From Eledone cirrhosa (lineage: Eukaryota): DNA of 64,000 nucleotides. Below the pieces are notes generated by a model, which saw nothing but the letters and a program-made list of their open reading frames with translations, did no database searches and was not told where the DNA came from. Made by a program: the position numbers and the translations under genes. The first letter of the stretch is position 1. Every line of letters starts with the position of its first letter. Shown one piece after another: positions 28,291-43,700 of this stretch. Location of the stretch: assembly GCA_964016885.1 (NCBI GenBank), contig OZ024743.1, positions 185,442,001 through 185,506,000 on the forward strand, read 5' to 3'.

Positions 28291-29889
28291 GTGTTGTTGA
28301 GTGAGATTCTAGCATGGCATAAACGTTAACAGTGTTGGAGAGTGAGATTGTAGCATGACATAAACGTTAACAGTGTTGTTGAGCGAGATTCTAGCATGGC
28401 ATAAACGTTGACAGTGTTGGTGAGTGAGATTCTAGCATGACATAAACGTTGACAGTATTGGTGAGTGAGATTCTAGTATGGCATAAACGTTAACAGTGTT
28501 GTTGAGTGAGATTCTAGTATGGCATAAATGTTAACAGTGTTGTTGAGTGAGATTCTAGTATGGCATAAACGTTAACAGTGTTGGTGAGTGAGATTCTAGC
28601 ATGGCATAAACGTTAACAGTGTTGGTGAGTGAGATTCTAGTATGGCATAAACGTTAGCAGAGTTGGTGAGTGAGATTCTAGTATGGCATAAACGTTAACA
28701 GTGTTGTTGAGTGAGATTCTAGTATGGCATACACGTTAACAGTGCTGTTGAGTGAGATTCTAGCATGGCATACACGTTAACAGTGTTGTTGTGTGAGATT
28801 CTAGTATGGCATACACGTTAACAGTGTTGTTGAGTGAGATTCTAGTATGGCATAAACGTTAACAGTGTTGGTGAGTGAGATTCTAGTGTGGCATAAACGT
28901 TAACAGTGTTGTTGAGTGAGATTCTAGTATAGCATACACGTTAACAGTGTTCGTGAGTGAGATTCTAGCATGGCATAAACGTTAACAGTGTTGTTGAGTG
29001 AAATTCTAGTATGGCATACACGTTAACAGTGTTCGTGAGTGAGATTCTAGTATGGCATAAACGTTAACAGTGTTGGTGAATGAGATTCTAGTATGGCATA
29101 CACGTTAACAGTGTTCGTGAGTGAGATTCTAGTATGGCATAAACGTTAACAGTGTTGGTGAGTGAGATTCTAGTATGGCATAAACGTTAACAGTGTTCGT
29201 GAGTGAGATTCTAGTATGGCATAAACGTTAACAGTGTTGTTGAGTGAGATTCTAGCATGGCATACACGTTAACAGTGTTGGTGAGTGAGATTCTAGTATG
29301 GCATAAACGTTAACAGTGTTGTTGAGTGAGATTCTAGTATGGCATAAACGTTAACAGTGTTGTTGAGTGAGATTCTAGCATGGCATAAACGTTAACAGTG
29401 TTGGTGTGTGAGATTCTAGCATGACATAAACGTTAACAGTGTTGTTGAGTGAGATTCTAGCATGGCATAAACGTTGACAGTGTTGGTGAGTGAGATTCTA
29501 GCATGGCATAAACGTTAACAGTGTTGTTGAGTGAGATTCTAGTATGGCATAAACGTTAACAGTGTTGTTGAGTGAGATTCTAGTATGGCATAAACGTTAA
29601 CAGTGTTGTTGAGTGAGATTCTAGCATGGCATAAACGTTAACGGTGTTGGTGAGTGAGATTCTAGTATGGCATAAACGTTAACAGAGTTGGTGAGCGAGA
29701 TTCTAGTATGGCATAAACGTTAACAGTGTTGTTGAGTGAGATTCTAGCATGGCATAAACGTTAACAGTGTTGTTGAGTGAGATCCTAGTATGGCATAAAC
29801 GTTAACAGTGTTGTTGAGTGAGATTCTAGTATGGCATAAACGTTAACAGTGTTGTTGAGTGAGATTCTAGCATAGCATAAACGTTAACA

Positions 29890-32800
29890 GTGTTGGTGAG
29901 TGAGATTCTAGCATGACATAAACGTTAACAGTGTTGTTGAGCGAGATTCTAGCATGGCATAAACGTTGACAGTGTTGGTGAGTGAGATTCTAGCATGACA
30001 TAAACGTTGACAGTATTGGTGAGTGAGATTCTAGTATGGCATAAACGTTAACAGTGTTGTTGAGTGAGATTCTAGTATGGCATAAATGTTAACAGTGTTG
30101 TTGAGTGAGATTCTAGTATGGCATAAACGTTAACAGTGTTGGTGAGTGAGATTCTAGCATGGCATAAACGTTAACAGTGTTGGTGAGTGAGATTCTAGTA
30201 TGGCATAAACGTTAACAGAGTTGGTGAGTGAGATTCTAGTATGGCATAAACGTTAACAGTGTTGTTGAGTGAGATTCTAGTATGGCATACACGTTAACAG
30301 TGTTGTTGAGTGAGATTCTAGTATGGCATAAACGTTAACAGTGTTGGTGAGTGAGATTCTAGTATGGCATAAACGTTAACAGTGTTGTTGAGTGAGATTC
30401 TAGTATAGCATACACGTTAACAGTGTTCTTGAGTGAGATTCTAGTATGCCATAAACGTTAACAGTGTTGTTGAGTGAGATTCTAGTATGGCATACACGTT
30501 AACAGTGTTCGTGAGTGAGATTCTAGTATGGCATAAACGTTAACAGTGTTGGTGAGTGAGATTCTAGTATGGCATACACGTTAACAGTGTTCGTGAGTGA
30601 GATTCTAGTATGGCATAAACGTTAACAGTGTTGGTGAGTGAGATTCTAGTATGGCATAAACGTGAACAGTGTTGGTGAGTCAGATTCTAGTATGGCATAA
30701 ACGTTAACAGTGTTGGTGAGTGAGATTCTAGTATGGCATAAACGTTAACAGTGTTGGTGAGTGAGATTCTAGCATGACATAAACGTTAACAGTGTTGGTG
30801 AGTGAGATTCTAGTATGGCATAAACGTTAACATTGTTGGTGAGTGAGATTCTAGCATGGCATAAACGTTAACAGTGTTGGTGAGTAAGATTCTAGCATGT
30901 CATAAACGTTAACAGTGTTGGTGAGTGAGATTCTAGTATGGCATAAACGTTAACAGTGTTGTTGAGTGAGATTCTAGCTTGGCATACACGTTAACAGTGT
31001 TGTTGAGTGACATTCTAGTATGGCATACACGTTAACAGTGTTGTTGAGTGAGATTCTAGTATGGCATAAACGTTAACAGTGTTGTTGAGTGAGATTCTAG
31101 CATGGCATACACGTTAACACTGTTGTTGAGTGAGATTCTAGTATGGCATACACGTTAACAGTGTTGTTGAGTGAGATTCTAGTATGGCATAAACGTTAAC
31201 AGTGTTGTTGAGTGAGATTCTAGTATAGCATACACGTTAACAGTGTTCGTGAGTGAGATTCTAGCATGGCATAAACGTTAACAGTGTTGTTGAGTGAGAT
31301 TCTAGTATGGCATACACGTTAACAGTGTTCGTGAGTGAGATTCTAGTATGGCATAAACGTTAACAGTGTTGGTGAATGAGATTCTAGTATGGCATACACG
31401 TTAACAGTGTTCGTGAGTGAGATTCTAGTATGGCATAAACGTTAACAGTGTTGGTGAGTGAGATTCTAGTATGGCATAAACGTTAACAGTGTTCGTGAGT
31501 GAGATTCTAGTATGGCATAAACGTTAACAGTGTTGTTGAGTGAGATTCTAGCATGGCATACACGTTAACAGTGTTGGTGAGTGAGATTCTAGTATGGCAT
31601 AAACGTTAACAGTGTTGTTGAGTGAGATTCTAGCATGGCATAAACGTTGACAGTATTGGTGAGTGAGATTCTAGCATGGCATAAACGTTGACAGTATTGG
31701 TGAGTGAGATTCTAGTATGGCATAAACGTTAACAGTGTTGTTGAGTGAGATTCTAGTATGGCATAAACGTTAACAGTGTTGTTGAGTGAGATTCTAGTAT
31801 GGCATAAACGTTAACAGTGTTGATGAGTGAGATTCTAGCATGGCATAAACGTTAACAGTGTTGGTGAGTGAGATTCTAGTATGGCATAAACGTTAACAGT
31901 GTTGTTGAGTGAGATTCTAGTATGGCATAAACGTTAACAGTGTTGTTGAGTGAGATTCTAGCATGGCATAAACGTTAACAGTGTTGGTGAGTGAGATTGT
32001 AGCATGACATAAACGTTAACAGTGTTGTTGAGCGAGATTCTAGCATGGCATAAACGTTGACAGTGTTGGTGAGTGAGATTCTAGCATGGCATAAACGTTG
32101 ACAGTATTGGTGAGTGAGATTCTAGTATGGCATAAACGTTAACAGTGTTGTTGAGTGAGATTCTAGTATGGCATAAATGTTAACAGTGTTGTTGAGTGAG
32201 ATTCTAGTATGGCATAAACGTTAACAGTGTTGGTGAGTGAGATTCTAGCATGGCATAAACGTTAACAGTGTTGGTGAGTGAGATTCTAGTATGGCATAAA
32301 CGTTAACAGAGTTGGTGAGTGAGATTCTAGTATGGCATAAACGTTAACAGTGTTGTTGAGTGAGATTCTAGTATGGCATACACGTTAACAGTGTTGTTGA
32401 GTGAGATTCTAGTATGGCATAAACGTTAACAGTGTTGGTGAGTGAGATTCTAGTATGGCATAAAAGTTAACAGTGTTGTTGAGTGAGATTCTAGTATAGC
32501 ATACACGTTAACAGTGTTCGTGAGTGAGATTCTAGTATGGCATAAACGTTAACAGTGTTGTTGAGTGAGATTCTAGTATGGCATACACGTTAACAGTGTT
32601 CGTGAGTGAGATTCTAGTATGGCATAAACGTTAACAGTGTTGGTGAGTGAGATTCTAGTATGGCATACACGTTAACAGTGTTCGTGAGTGAGATTCTAGT
32701 ATGGCATAAACGTTAACAGTGTTGGTGAGTGAGATTCTAGTATGGCATAAACGTGAACAGTGTTGGTGAGTCAGATTCTAGTATGGCATAAACGTTAACA

Positions 32801-33300
32801 GTGTTGGTGAGTGAGATTCTAGTATGGCATAAACGTTAACAGTGTTGGTGAGTGAGATTCTAGCATGACATAAACGTTAACAGTGTTGGTGAGTGAGATT
32901 CTAGTATGGCATAAACGTTAACATTGTTGGTGAGTGAGATTCTAGCATGGCATAAACGTTAACATTGTTGGTGAGTAAGATTCTAGCATGGCATAAACGT
33001 TAACAGTGTTGGTGAGTGAGATTCTAGTATGGCATAAACGTTAACAGTGTTGTTGAGTGAGATTCTAGCTTGGCATACACGTTAACAGTGTTGTTGAGTG
33101 ACATTCTAGTATGGCATACACGTTAACAGTGTTGTTGAGTGAGATTCTAGTATGGCATAAACGTTAACAGTGTTGTTGAGTGAGATTCTAGCATGGCATA
33201 CACGTTAACAGTGTTGTTGAGTGAGATTCTAGTATGGCATACACGTTAACAGTGTTGTTGAGTGAGATTCTAGTATGGCATAAACGTTAACAGTGTTGGT
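29890..33300 (+). repeat. Block repeated at +2,091 bp (51 monomers), with a third relative 5,248 bp (128 monomers) upstream
   Basis: CGTGAAC 30,661/32,752 (CTTGAAC at 25,413); AACATTGTT 25,581/30,829/32,920. Confidence 0.82.
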
Positions 33301-33441
33301 GAGTGAGATTCTAGTATGGCATAAACGTTAACAGTGTTGTTGAGTGAGATTCTAGTATAGCATACACGTTAACAGTGTTCGTGAGTGAGATTCTAGCATG
33401 GCATAAACGTTAACAGTGTTGTTGAGTGAGATTCTAGTATG

Positions 33442-36400
33442 GCATACACGTTAACAGTGTTCGTGAGTGAGATTCTAGTATGGCATAAACGTTAACAGTG
33501 TTGGTGAGTGAGATTCTAGTATGGCATAAACGTTAACAGTGTTCGTGAGTGAGATTCTAGTATGGCATAAACGTTAACAGTGTTGTTGAGTGAGATTCTA
33601 GCATGGCATACACGTTAACAGTGTTGGTGAGTGAGATTCTAGTATGGCATAAACGTTAACAGTGTTGTTGAGTGAGATTCTAGTATGGCATAAACGTCAA
33701 CAGTGTTGTTGAGTGAGATTCTAGCATGGCATAAACGTTGACAGTGTTGGTGAGTGAGATTCTAGCATGGCATAAACGTTAACAGTGTTGTTGAGTGAGA
33801 TTCTAGTATGGCATAAACGTTAACAGTGTTGTTGAGTGAGATTCTAGTATGGCATAAACGTTAACAGTGTTGATGAGTGAGATTCTAGCATGGCATAAAC
33901 GTTAACGGTGTTGGTGAGTGAGATTCTAGTATGGCATAAACGGTAACAGAGTTGGTGAGCGAGATTCTAGTATGGCATAAACGTTAACAGTGTTGTTGAG
34001 TGAGATTCTAGCATGGCATAAACGTTAACAGTGTTGTTGAGTGAGATCCTAGTATGGCATAAACGTTAACAGTGTTGTTGAGTGAGATTCTAGTATGGCA
34101 TAAACGTTAACAGTGTTGGTGAGTGAGATTCTAGCATGGCATAAACGTTAACAGTGTTGTTGAGTGAGATTCTAGTATGGCATAAACGTTAACAGTGTTG
34201 TTGAGTGAGATTCTAGCATGGCATAAACGTTAACAGTGTTGTTGAGTGAGATTCTAGTATGGCATAAACGTTAACAGTGTTGATGAGTGAGATTCTAGCA
34301 TGGCATAAACGTTAACAGTGTTGGTGAGTGAGATTCTAGTATGGCATAAACATTAACAGAGTTGGTGAGTGAGATTCTAGCATGGCATAAACGTTAACAG
34401 TGTTGTTGAGTGAGATCCTAGTATGGCATAAACGTTAACAGTGTTGTTGAGTGAGATTCTAGTATGGCATAAACGTTAACAGTGTTGGTGAGTGAGATTC
34501 TAGTATGGCATAAACGTTAACAGTGTTGATGAGTGAGATTCTAGTATGGCATAAACGTTAACAGTGTTGGTGAGTGAGATTCTAGTATGGCATAAACGTT
34601 AACAGTGTTGGTGAGTCAGATTCTAGCATGGCATAAACGTCAACAGTGTTGTTGAGTGAGATTCTAGTATGGCATAAACGTTAACAGTGTTGATGAGTGA
34701 GATTCTAGCATGGCATAAACGTTAACAGTGTTGGTGAGTGAGATTCTAGTATCGCATAAACGTTAACAGTGTTGGTGAGTAAGATTCTAGTATGGCATAA
34801 ACGTTAACAGTTTTGTTGAGTGAGATTCTAGCATGGCATAAACGTTAACAGTGTTGTTGAGTGAGATCCTAGTATAGCATAAACGTTAACAGTGTTGTTG
34901 AGTGAGATTCTAGTATGGCATAAACGTTAACAGTGTTGTTGAGTGAGATTCTAGCATGGCATACACGTTAACAGTGTTGTTGAGTGAGATTCTAGTATGG
35001 CATACACGTTAACAGTGTTGTTGAGTGAGATTCTAGTATGGCATAAACGTTAACAGTGTTGGTGAGTGAGATTCTAGTATGGCATAAACGTTAACAGTGT
35101 TGTTGAGTGAGATTCTAGTATAGCATACACGTTAACAGTGTTCGTGAGTGAGATTCTAGTATGGCATAAACTTTAACAGTGTTGGTGAGTGAGATTCTAG
35201 TATGGCATAAACGTTAACAGTGTTCGTGAGTGAGATTCTAGTATGGCATAAACGTTAACAGTGTTGTTGAGTGAGATTCTAGCATGGCATACACGTTAAC
35301 AGTGTTGGTGAGTGAGATTCTAGTATGGCATAAACGTTAACAGTGTTGTTGAGTGAGATTCTAGTATGGCATAAACGTCAACAGTGTTGTTGAGTGAGAT
35401 TCTAGCATGGCATAAACGTTAACAGTGTTGTTGAGTGAGATTCTAGTATAGCATACACGTTAACAGTGTTCGTGAGTGAGATTCTAGTATGGCATAAACG
35501 TTAACAGTGTTGGTGAGTGAGATTCTAGTATGGCATAAACGTTAACAGTGTTCGTGAGTGAGATTCTAGTATGGCATAAACGTTAACAGTGTTGTTGAGT
35601 GAGATTCTAGCATGGCATACACGTTAACAGTGTTGGTGAGTGAGATTCTAGTATGGCATAAACGTTAACAGTGTTGTTGAGTGAGATTCTAGTATGGCAT
35701 AAACGTCAACAGTGTTGTTGAGTGAGATTCTAGCATGGCATAAACGTTGACAGTGTTGGTGAGTGAGATTCTAGCATGGCATAAACGTTAACAGTGTTGT
35801 TGAGTGAGATTCTAGTATGGCATAAACGTTAACAGTGTTGTTGAGTGAGATTCTAGTATGGCATAAACGTTAACAGTGTTGATGAGTGAGATTCTAGCAT
35901 GGCATAAACGTTAACGGTGTTGGTGAGTGAGATTCTAGTATGGCATAAACGGTAACAGAGTTGGTGAGCGAGATTCTAGTATGGCATAAACGTTAACAGT
36001 GTTGTTGAGTGAGATTCTAGCATGGCATAAACGTTAACAGTGTTGTTGAGTGAGATCCTAGTATGGCATAAACGTTAACAGTGTTGTTGAGTGAGATTCT
36101 AGTATGGCATAAACGTTAACAGTGTTGGTGAGTGAGATTCTAGCATGGCATAAACGTTAACAGTGTTGTTGAGTGAGATTCTAGTATGGCATAAACGTTA
36201 ACAGTGTTGTTGAGTGAGATTCTAGCATGGCATAAACGTTAACAGTGTTGTTGAGTGAGATTCTAGTATGGCATAAACGTTAACAGTGTTGATGAGTGAG
36301 ATTCTAGCATGGCATAAACGTTAACAGTGTTGGTGAGTGAGATTCTAGTATGGCATAAACATTAACAGAGTTGGTGAGTGAGATTCTAGCATGGCATAAA

Positions 36401-37218
36401 CGTTAACAGTGTTGTTGAGTGAGATCCTAGTATGGCATAAACGTTAACAGTGTTGTTGAGTGAGATTCTAGTATGGCATAAACGTTAACAGTGTTGGTGA
36501 GTGAGATTCTAGTATGGCATAAACGTTAACAGTGTTGATGAGTGAGATTCTAGTATGGCATAAACGTTAACAGTGTTGGTGAGTGAGATTCTAGTATGGC
36601 ATAAACGTTAACAGTGTTGGTGAGTCAGATTCTAGCATGGCATAAACGTCAACAGTGTTGTTGAGTGAGATTCTAGTATGGCATAAACGTTAACAGTGTT
36701 GATGAGTGAGATTCTAGCATGGCATAAACGTTAACAGTGTTGGTGAGTGAGATTCTAGTATCGCATAAACGTTAACAGTGTTGGTGAGTAAGATTCTAGT
36801 ATGGCATAAACGTTAACAGTTTTGTTGAGTGAGATTCTAGCATGGCATAAACGTTAACAGTGTTGTTGAGTGAGATCCTAGTATAGCATAAACGTTAACA
36901 GTGTTGTTGAGTGAGATTCTAGTATGGCATAAACGTTAACAGTGTTGTTGAGTGAGATTCTAGCATGGCATACACGTTAACAGTGTTGTTGAGTGAGATT
37001 CTAGTATGGCATACACGTTAACAGTGTTGTTGAGTGAGATTCTAGTATGGCATAAACGTTAACAGTGTTGGTGAGTGAGATTCTAGTATGGCATAAACGT
37101 TAACAGTGTTGTTGAGTGAGATTCTAGTATAGCATACACGTTAACAGTGTTCGTGAGTGAGATTCTAGTATGGCATAAACTTTAACAGTGTTGGTGAGTG
37201 AGATTCTAGTATGGCATA
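33442..37218 (+). repeat. Near-tandem duplication at +2,009 bp (49 monomers): about 33,442-35,209 matches about 35,451-37,218
   Basis: CGGTAAC 33,941/35,950 and ACTTTAAC 35,171/37,180, with the variant order between them matching where checked. Confidence 0.88.
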
Positions 37219-37789
37219 CACGTTAACAGTGTTCGTGAGTGAGATTCTAGTATTGCATAAACGTTAACAGTGTTGGTGAGTGAGATTCTAGTATGGCATA
37301 AACGTCAACAGTGTTGGTGAGTAAGATTCTAGCATGGCATAAACGTTAACAGTGTTGGTGAGTGAGATTCTAGCCTGACATAAACGTTAACAGTGTTGGT
37401 GAGTGAGATTCTAGTATGGCATAAACGTTAACAGTGTTGGTGAGTGAGATTCTAGCATGGCATAAACGTTAAAAGTGTTGGTGAGTAAGATCTAGCATGG
37501 CATAAACGTTAACAGTGTTGGTGAGTGAGATTCTAGTATGGCATAAACGTTAACAGTGTTGTTGAGTGAGATTCTAGCATGGCATACACGTTAACAGTGT
37601 TGTTGAGTGACATTCTAGTATGGCATACACGTTAACAGTGTTGTTGAGTGAGATTCTAGTATGGCATAAACGTTAACAGTGTTGTTGAGTGAGATTCTAG
37701 CATGGCATACACGTTAACAGTGTTGTTGAGTGAGATTCTAGTATGGCATACACGTTAACAGTGTTGTTGAGTGAGATTCTAGTATGGCA

Positions 37790-40700
37790 TAAACGTTAAC
37801 AGTGTTGGTGAGTGAGATTCTAGTATGGCATAAACGTTAACTGTTGTTGAGTGAGATTCTAGTATAGCATACACGTTAACAGTGTTCGTGAGTGAGATTC
37901 TAGCATGGCATAAACGTTAACAGTGTTGTTGAGTGAGATTCTAGTATGGCATACACGTTAACAGTGTTCGTGAGTGAGATTCTAGTATGGCATAAACGTT
38001 AACAGTGTTGGTGAATGAGATTCTAGTATGGCATACACGTTAACAGTGTTCGTGAGTGAGATTCTAGTATGGCATAAACGTTAACGGTGTTGGTGAGTGA
38101 GATTCTAGTATGGCATAAACGTTAACAGTGTTCGTGAGTGAGATTCTAGTATGGCATAAACGTTAACAGTGTTGTTGAGTGAGATTCTAGCATGGCATAC
38201 ACGTTAACAGTGTTGGTGAGTGAGATTCTAGTATGGCATAAACTTTAACAGTGTTGTTGAGTGAGATTCTAGTATGGCATAAACGTTAACAGTGTTGTTG
38301 AGTGAGATTCTAGCATGGCATAAACGTTAACAGTGTTGGTGAGTGAGATTCTAGCATGACATAAACGTTAACAGTGTTGTTGAGTGAGATTCTAGCATGG
38401 CATAAACGTTGACAGTGTTGGTGAGTGAGATTCTAGCATGGCATAAACGTTGACAGTATTGGTGAGTGAGATTCTAGTATGGCATAAACGTTAACAGTGT
38501 TGTTGAGTGAGATTCTAGTATGGCATAAACGTTAACAGTGTTGTTGAGTGAGATTCTAGTATGGCATAAACGTTAACAGTGTTGATGAGTGAGATTCTAG
38601 CATGGCATAAACGTTAACAGTGTTGGTGAGTGAGATTCTAGTATGGCATAAACGTTAACAGAGTTGGTGAGCGAGATTCTAGTATGGCATAAACGTTAAC
38701 AGTGTTGTTGAGTGAGATTCTAGCATGGCATAAACGTTAACAGTGTTGTTGAGTGAGATCCTAGTATGGCATAAACGTTAACAGTGTTGTTGAGTGAGAT
38801 TCTAGTATGGCATAAACGTTAACAGTGTTGGTGAGTGAGATTGTAGTATGGCATAAACGTTAACAGTGTTGTTGAGTGAGATTCTAGTATGGCATAAACG
38901 TTAACAGTGTTGGTGAGTGAGATTATAGTATGGCATAAACGTTAACAGTGTTGGTGAGTGAGATTCTAGTATGGCATACACATTAACAGTGTTGTTGATT
39001 GAGATTCTAGTATGGCATACACATTAACAGTGTTGTTGAGTGAGATTCTAGTATGGCATAAACGTTAACAGTGTTGGTGTGTGAGATTCTAGCATGGCAT
39101 AAACGTTAACAGTGTTGGTGAGTGAGATTCTAGTATGGCATAAACATTAACAGAGTTGGTGAGTGAGATTCTAGTATGGCATAAACGTTAACAGTGTTGT
39201 TGAGTGAGATTCTAGCATGGCATAAACGTTAACAGTGTTGTTGAGTGAGATCCTAGTATGGCATAAACGTTAACAGTGTTGTTGAGTGAGATTCTAGTAT
39301 GGCATAAACGTTAACAGTGTTGGTGAGTGAGATTCTAGTATGGCATAAACGTTAACAGTGTTGATGAGTGAGATTCTAGTATGGCATAAACGTTAACAGT
39401 GTTGGTGAGTGAGATTCTAGTATGGCATAAACGTTAACAGTGTTGGTGAGTCAGATTCTAGCATGGCATAAACGTCAACAGTGTTGTTGAGTGAGATTCT
39501 AGTATGGCATAAACGTTAACAGTGTTGATGAGTGAGATTCTAGCATGGCATAAACGTTAACAGTGTTGGTGAGTGAGATTCTAGTATCGCATAAACGTTA
39601 ACAGTGTTGGTGAGTAAGATTCTAGTATGGCATAAACGTTAACAGTGTTGGTGAGTGAGATTCTAGTATGGCATAAACGTTAACAGTGTTGGTGAGTGAG
39701 ATTATAGTATGGCATAAACGTTAACAGTGTTGGTGAGTGAGATTCTAGTATGGCATAAACGTTAACAGTGTTGGTGAGTCAGATTCTAGTATGGCATAAA
39801 CGTTAACAGTGTTGGTGAGTGAGTTCTAGTATGGCATAAACGTTAACAATGTTGGTGAGTCAGATTCTAGCATGGCATAAACGTTAACAGTTTTGTTGAG
39901 TCAGATTCTACTATGGCATAAACGTTAACAGTGTTGGTGAGTGAGATTCTAGTATGGCATAAACGTTAACAGTGTTGGTGTGTGAGATTCTAGTATGGCA
40001 TAAACATTAACAGAGTTGGTGAGTGAGATTCTAGCATGGCATAAACGTTAACAGTGTTGTTGAGTGAGATTCTAGTATGGCATAAACGTTAACAGTGTTG
40101 GTGAGTGAGATTCTAGTATGGCATAAACGTTAACAGTGTTGATGAGTGAGATTCTAGTATGGCATAAACGTTAACAGTGTTGGTGAGTGAGATTCTAGCA
40201 TGGCATAAACGTCAACAGTGTTGTTGAGTGAGATTCTAGTATGGCATAAACGTTAACAGTGTTGATGAGTGAGATTCTAGCATGGCATAAACGTTAACAG
40301 TGTTGGTGAGTGAGATACTAGTATCGCATAAACGTTAACAGTGTTGGTGAGTAAGATTCTAGTATGGCATAAACGTTAACAGTGTTGTTGAGTGAGATTC
40401 TAGCATGGCATAAACGTTAACAGTGTTGTTGAGTGAGATCCTAGTATAGCATAAACGTTAACAGTGTTGTTGAGTGAGATTCTAGTATGGCATAAACGTT
40501 AACAGTGTTGTTGAGTGAGATTCTAGCATGGCATACACGTTAACAGTGTTGTTGAGTGGGATTCTAGTATGGCATACACGTTAACAGTGTTGTTGAGTGA
40601 GATTCTAGTATGGCATAAACGTTAACAGTGTTGGTGAGTGAGATTCTAGTATGGCATAAACGTTAACAGTGTTGTTGAGTGAGATTCTAGTATAGCATAC

Positions 40701-43700
40701 ACGTTAACAGTGTTCGTGAGTGAGATTCTAGTATGGCATAAACTTTAACAGTGTTGGTGAGTGAGATTCTAGTATGGCATACACGTTAACAGTGTTCGTG
40801 AGTGAGATTCTAGTATGGCATAAACGTTAACAGTGTTGGTGAGTGAGATTCTAGTATGGCATAAACGTCAACAGTGTTGGTGAGTCAGATTCTAGCATGG
40901 CATAAACGTTAACAGTGTTGGTGAGTGAGATTCTAGCCTGACATAAACGTTAACAGTGTTGGTGAGTGAGATTCTAGTATGGCATAAACGTTAACAGTGT
41001 TGGTGAGTGAGATTCTAACATGGCATAAACGTTAAAAGTGTTGGTGAGTAAGATCTAGCATGGCATAAACGTTAACAGTGTTGGTGAGTGAGATTCTAGT
41101 ATGGCATAAACGTTAACAGTGTTGTTGAGTGAGATTCTAGCATGGCATACACGTTAACAGTGTTGTTGAGTGACATTCTAGTATGGCATACACGTTAACA
41201 GTGTTGTTGAGTGAGATTCTAGTATGGCATAAACGTTAACAGTGTTGTTGAGTGAGATTCTAGCATGGCATACACGTTAACAGTGTTGTTGAGTGAGATT
41301 CTAGTATGGCATACACGTTAACAGTGTTGTTGAGTGAGATTCTAGTATGGCATAAACGTTAACAGTGTTGGTGAGTGAGATTCTAGTATGGCATAAACGT
41401 TAACCGTTGTTGAGTGAGATTCTAGTATAGCATACACGTTAACAGTGTTCGTGAGTGAGATTCTAGCATGGCATAAACGTTAACAGTGTTGTTGAGTGAG
41501 ATTCTAGTATGGCATACACGTTAACAGTGTTCGTGAGTGAGATTCTAGTATGGCATAAACGTTAACAGTGTTGGTGAATGAGATTCTAGTATGGCATACA
41601 CGTTAACAGTGTTCGTGAGTGAGATTCTAGTATGGCATAAACGTTAACGGTGTTGGTGAGTGAGATTCTAGTATGGCATAAACGTTAACAGTGTTCGTGA
41701 GTGAGATTCTAGTATGGCATAAACGTTAACAGTGTTGTTGAGTGAGATTCTAGCATGGCATACACGTTAACAGTGTTGGTGAGTGAGATTCTAGTATGGC
41801 ATAAACTTTAACAGTGTTGTTGAGTGAGATTCTAGTATGGCATAAACGTTAACAGTGTTGTTGAGTGAGATTCTAGCATGGCATAAACGTTAACAGTGTT
41901 GGTGAGTGAGATTCTAGCATGACATAAACGTTAACAGTGTTGTTGAGTGAGATTCTAGCATGGCATAAACGTTGACAGTGTTGGTGAGTGAGATTCTAGC
42001 ATGGCATAAACGTTGACAGTATTGGTGAGTGAGATTCTAGTATGGCATAAACGTTAACAGTGTTGTTGAGTGAGATTCTAGTATGGCATAAACGTTAACA
42101 GTGTTGTTGAGTGAGATTCTAGTATGGCATAAACGTTAACAGTGTTGATGAGTGAGATTCTAGCATGGCATAAACGTTAACAGTGTTGGTGAGTGAGATT
42201 CTAGTATGGCATAAACGTTAACAGAGTTGGTGAGCGAGATTCTAGTATGGCATAAACGTTAACAGTGTTGTTGAGTGAGATTCTAGCATGGCATAAACGT
42301 TAACAGTGTTGTTGAGTGAGATCCTAGTATGGCATAAACGTTAACAGTGTTGTTGAGTGAGATTCTAGTATGGCATAAACGTTAACAGTGTTGGTGAGTG
42401 AGATTGTAGTATGGCATAAACGTTAACAGTGTTGTTGAGTGAGATTCTAGTATGGCATAAACGTTAACAGTGTTGGTGAGTGAGATTATAGTATGGCATA
42501 AACGTTAACAGTGTTGGTGAGTGAGATTCTAGTATGGCATACACATTAACAGTGTTGTTGATTGAGATTCTAGTATGGCATACACATTAACAGTTTTGTT
42601 GAGTGAGATTCTAGTATGGCATAAACGTTAACAGTGTTGGTGTGTGAGATTCTAGCATGGCATAAACGTTAACAGTGTTGGTGAGTGAGATTCTAGTATG
42701 GCATAAACATTAACAGAGTTGGTGAGTGAGATTCTAGTATGGCATAAACGTTAACAGTGTTGTTGAGTGAGATTCTAGCATGGCATAAACGTTAACAGTG
42801 TTGTTGAGTGAGATCCTAGTATGGCATAAACGTTAACAGTGTTGTTGAGTGAGATTCTAGTATGGCATAAACGTTAACAGTGTTGGTGAGTGAGATTCTA
42901 GTATGGCATAAACGTTAACAGTGTCGATGAGTGAGATTCTAGTATGGCATAAACGTTAACAGTGTTGGTGAGTGAGATTCTAGTATGGCATAAACGTTAA
43001 CAGTGTTGGTGAGTCAGATTCTAGCATGGCATAAACGTCAACAGTGTTGTTGAGTGAGATTCTAGTATGGCATAAACGTTAACAGTGTTGATGAGTGAGA
43101 TTCTAGCATGGCATAAACGTTAACAGTGTTGGTGAGTGAGATTCTAGTATCGCATAAACGTTAACAGTGTTGGTGAGTAAGATTCTAGTATGGCATAAAC
43201 GTTAACAGTGTTGTTGAGTGAGATTCTAGCATGGCATACACGTTAACAGTGTTGTTGAGTGAGATTCTAGTATGGCATACACGTTAACAGTGTTGTTGAG
43301 TGAGATTCTAGTATGGCATAAACGTTAACAGTGTTGGTGAGTGAGATTCTAGTATGGCATAAACGTTAACTGTTGTTGAGTGAGATTCTAGTATAGCATA
43401 CACGTTAACAGTGTTCGTGAGTGAGATTCTAGCATGGCATAAACGTTAACAGTGTTGTTGAGTGAGATTCTAGTATGGCATACACGTTAACAGTGTTCGT
43501 GAGTGAGATTCTAGTATGGCATAAACGTTAACAGTGTTGGTGAATGAGATTCTAGTATGGCATACACGTTAACAGTGTTCGTGAGTGAGATTCTAGTATG
43601 GCATAAACGTTAACGGTGTTGGTGAGTGAGATTCTAGTATGGCATAAACGTTAACAGTGTTCGTGAGTGAGATTCTAGTATGGCATAAACGTTAACAGTG

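Noticed and set aside
37835-38090. Myb-type sites (TAACTG, TAACGG) and the E-box-like CACGTT created by variants
   Set aside because: Six-base matches are expected by chance among dozens of alleles, and there is no independent support.
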